Positions 63,849 through 64,000 of a stretch of DNA of 64,000 nucleotides are shown piece after piece (position 1 is the stretch's first letter; each line of letters opens with the position of its first letter). The position numbers and the translations under genes are program-made. The notes under the pieces were generated by a model that had not been told where the DNA came from, did no database searches, and saw nothing but the letters and a program-made list of their open reading frames with translations. The DNA comes from Candidatus Omnitrophota bacterium (GTDB lineage: Bacteria; Omnitrophota; Gorgyraeia; Zapsychrales; Fredricksoniimonadaceae), in NCBI GenBank assembly GCA_015232565.1, contig JADFZK010000007.1:664-64663 (forward strand), in the 5' to 3' direction.

Positions 63849-64000
63849 ACCGTCCGATAGCCAATCAGCCTTCCCCAGAACAACACGCTTCCTGTCGCAA
63901 GATAGAACGCCATGATAACGTCCCGTCTTCCCCTGCCGCGAAAATATAACTTCATAACCACTGGGAGCACTCTCAAAAGAAACCTCATCATGAGTCCTTT

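Noticed and set aside
1-64000. CRISPR arrays, tRNA/rRNA genes, transposases and integrases
   Set aside because: I scanned the intergenic regions (the largest are about 240-300 nt). I found no regularly spaced short direct repeats, no cloverleaf-like tRNA segments, and no ORF with DDE or tyrosine-recombinase motifs.

Overview
This 64 kb window comes from a high-GC (~57%) genome of a strict anaerobe. It is tightly packed, and most genes are on the minus strand.

In order, the window contains:
- A partial gene for a secreted protein, then azoreductase and anaerobic ribonucleotide reductase (nrdDG).
- A three-gene tandem array of giant secreted S8 subtilases (~1150-1180 aa), each with a 7-bladed beta-propeller and two Ig-like repeats. 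The third copy has degenerate catalytic residues.
- A complete electron-bifurcating [FeFe]-hydrogenase operon (NuoE-like, HndB-like, NuoF-like and HydA subunits). The H-cluster maturases hydE, hydG and hydF are co-transcribed with it, together with an aspartase-family gene, a TM1266-like small regulator and an uncharacterised membrane protein.
- A divergent plus-strand cassette: a NosR/NapH-like FMN-binding polyferredoxin membrane protein, a small lipoprotein, an AmmeMemoRadiSam-type radical SAM enzyme and a peptide with a Tat-like signal.
- A polyamine cluster: a pyruvoyl AdoMetDC (SpeH), two membrane-anchored aminopropyltransferase paralogs, and further membrane proteins.
- A 583-aa protein with an HprK-like P-loop next to PEP carboxykinase and a YkgJ-type Cys-cluster protein.
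- An iron-sulfur flavoprotein.
- A large cell-envelope glycan locus: an O-antigen-ligase-like TPR membrane protein, an SPFH protein, two GT9 and one GT4 glycosyltransferases, a methyltransferase, a Wzm/Wzt ABC exporter and rfbBDCA. It ends with a decaprenyl-phosphate phosphoribosyltransferase homolog paired with a DUF2079 GT-C-like membrane protein.
- prfC, an RlmI-like methyltransferase, a ZnuABC-like metal importer, a PilZ protein and a 604-aa internally repetitive protein.

No CRISPR array, rRNA, tRNA or obvious mobile element was seen. All calls rest on motif recognition in the supplied translations and on my own reading of the DNA; no database searches were run.
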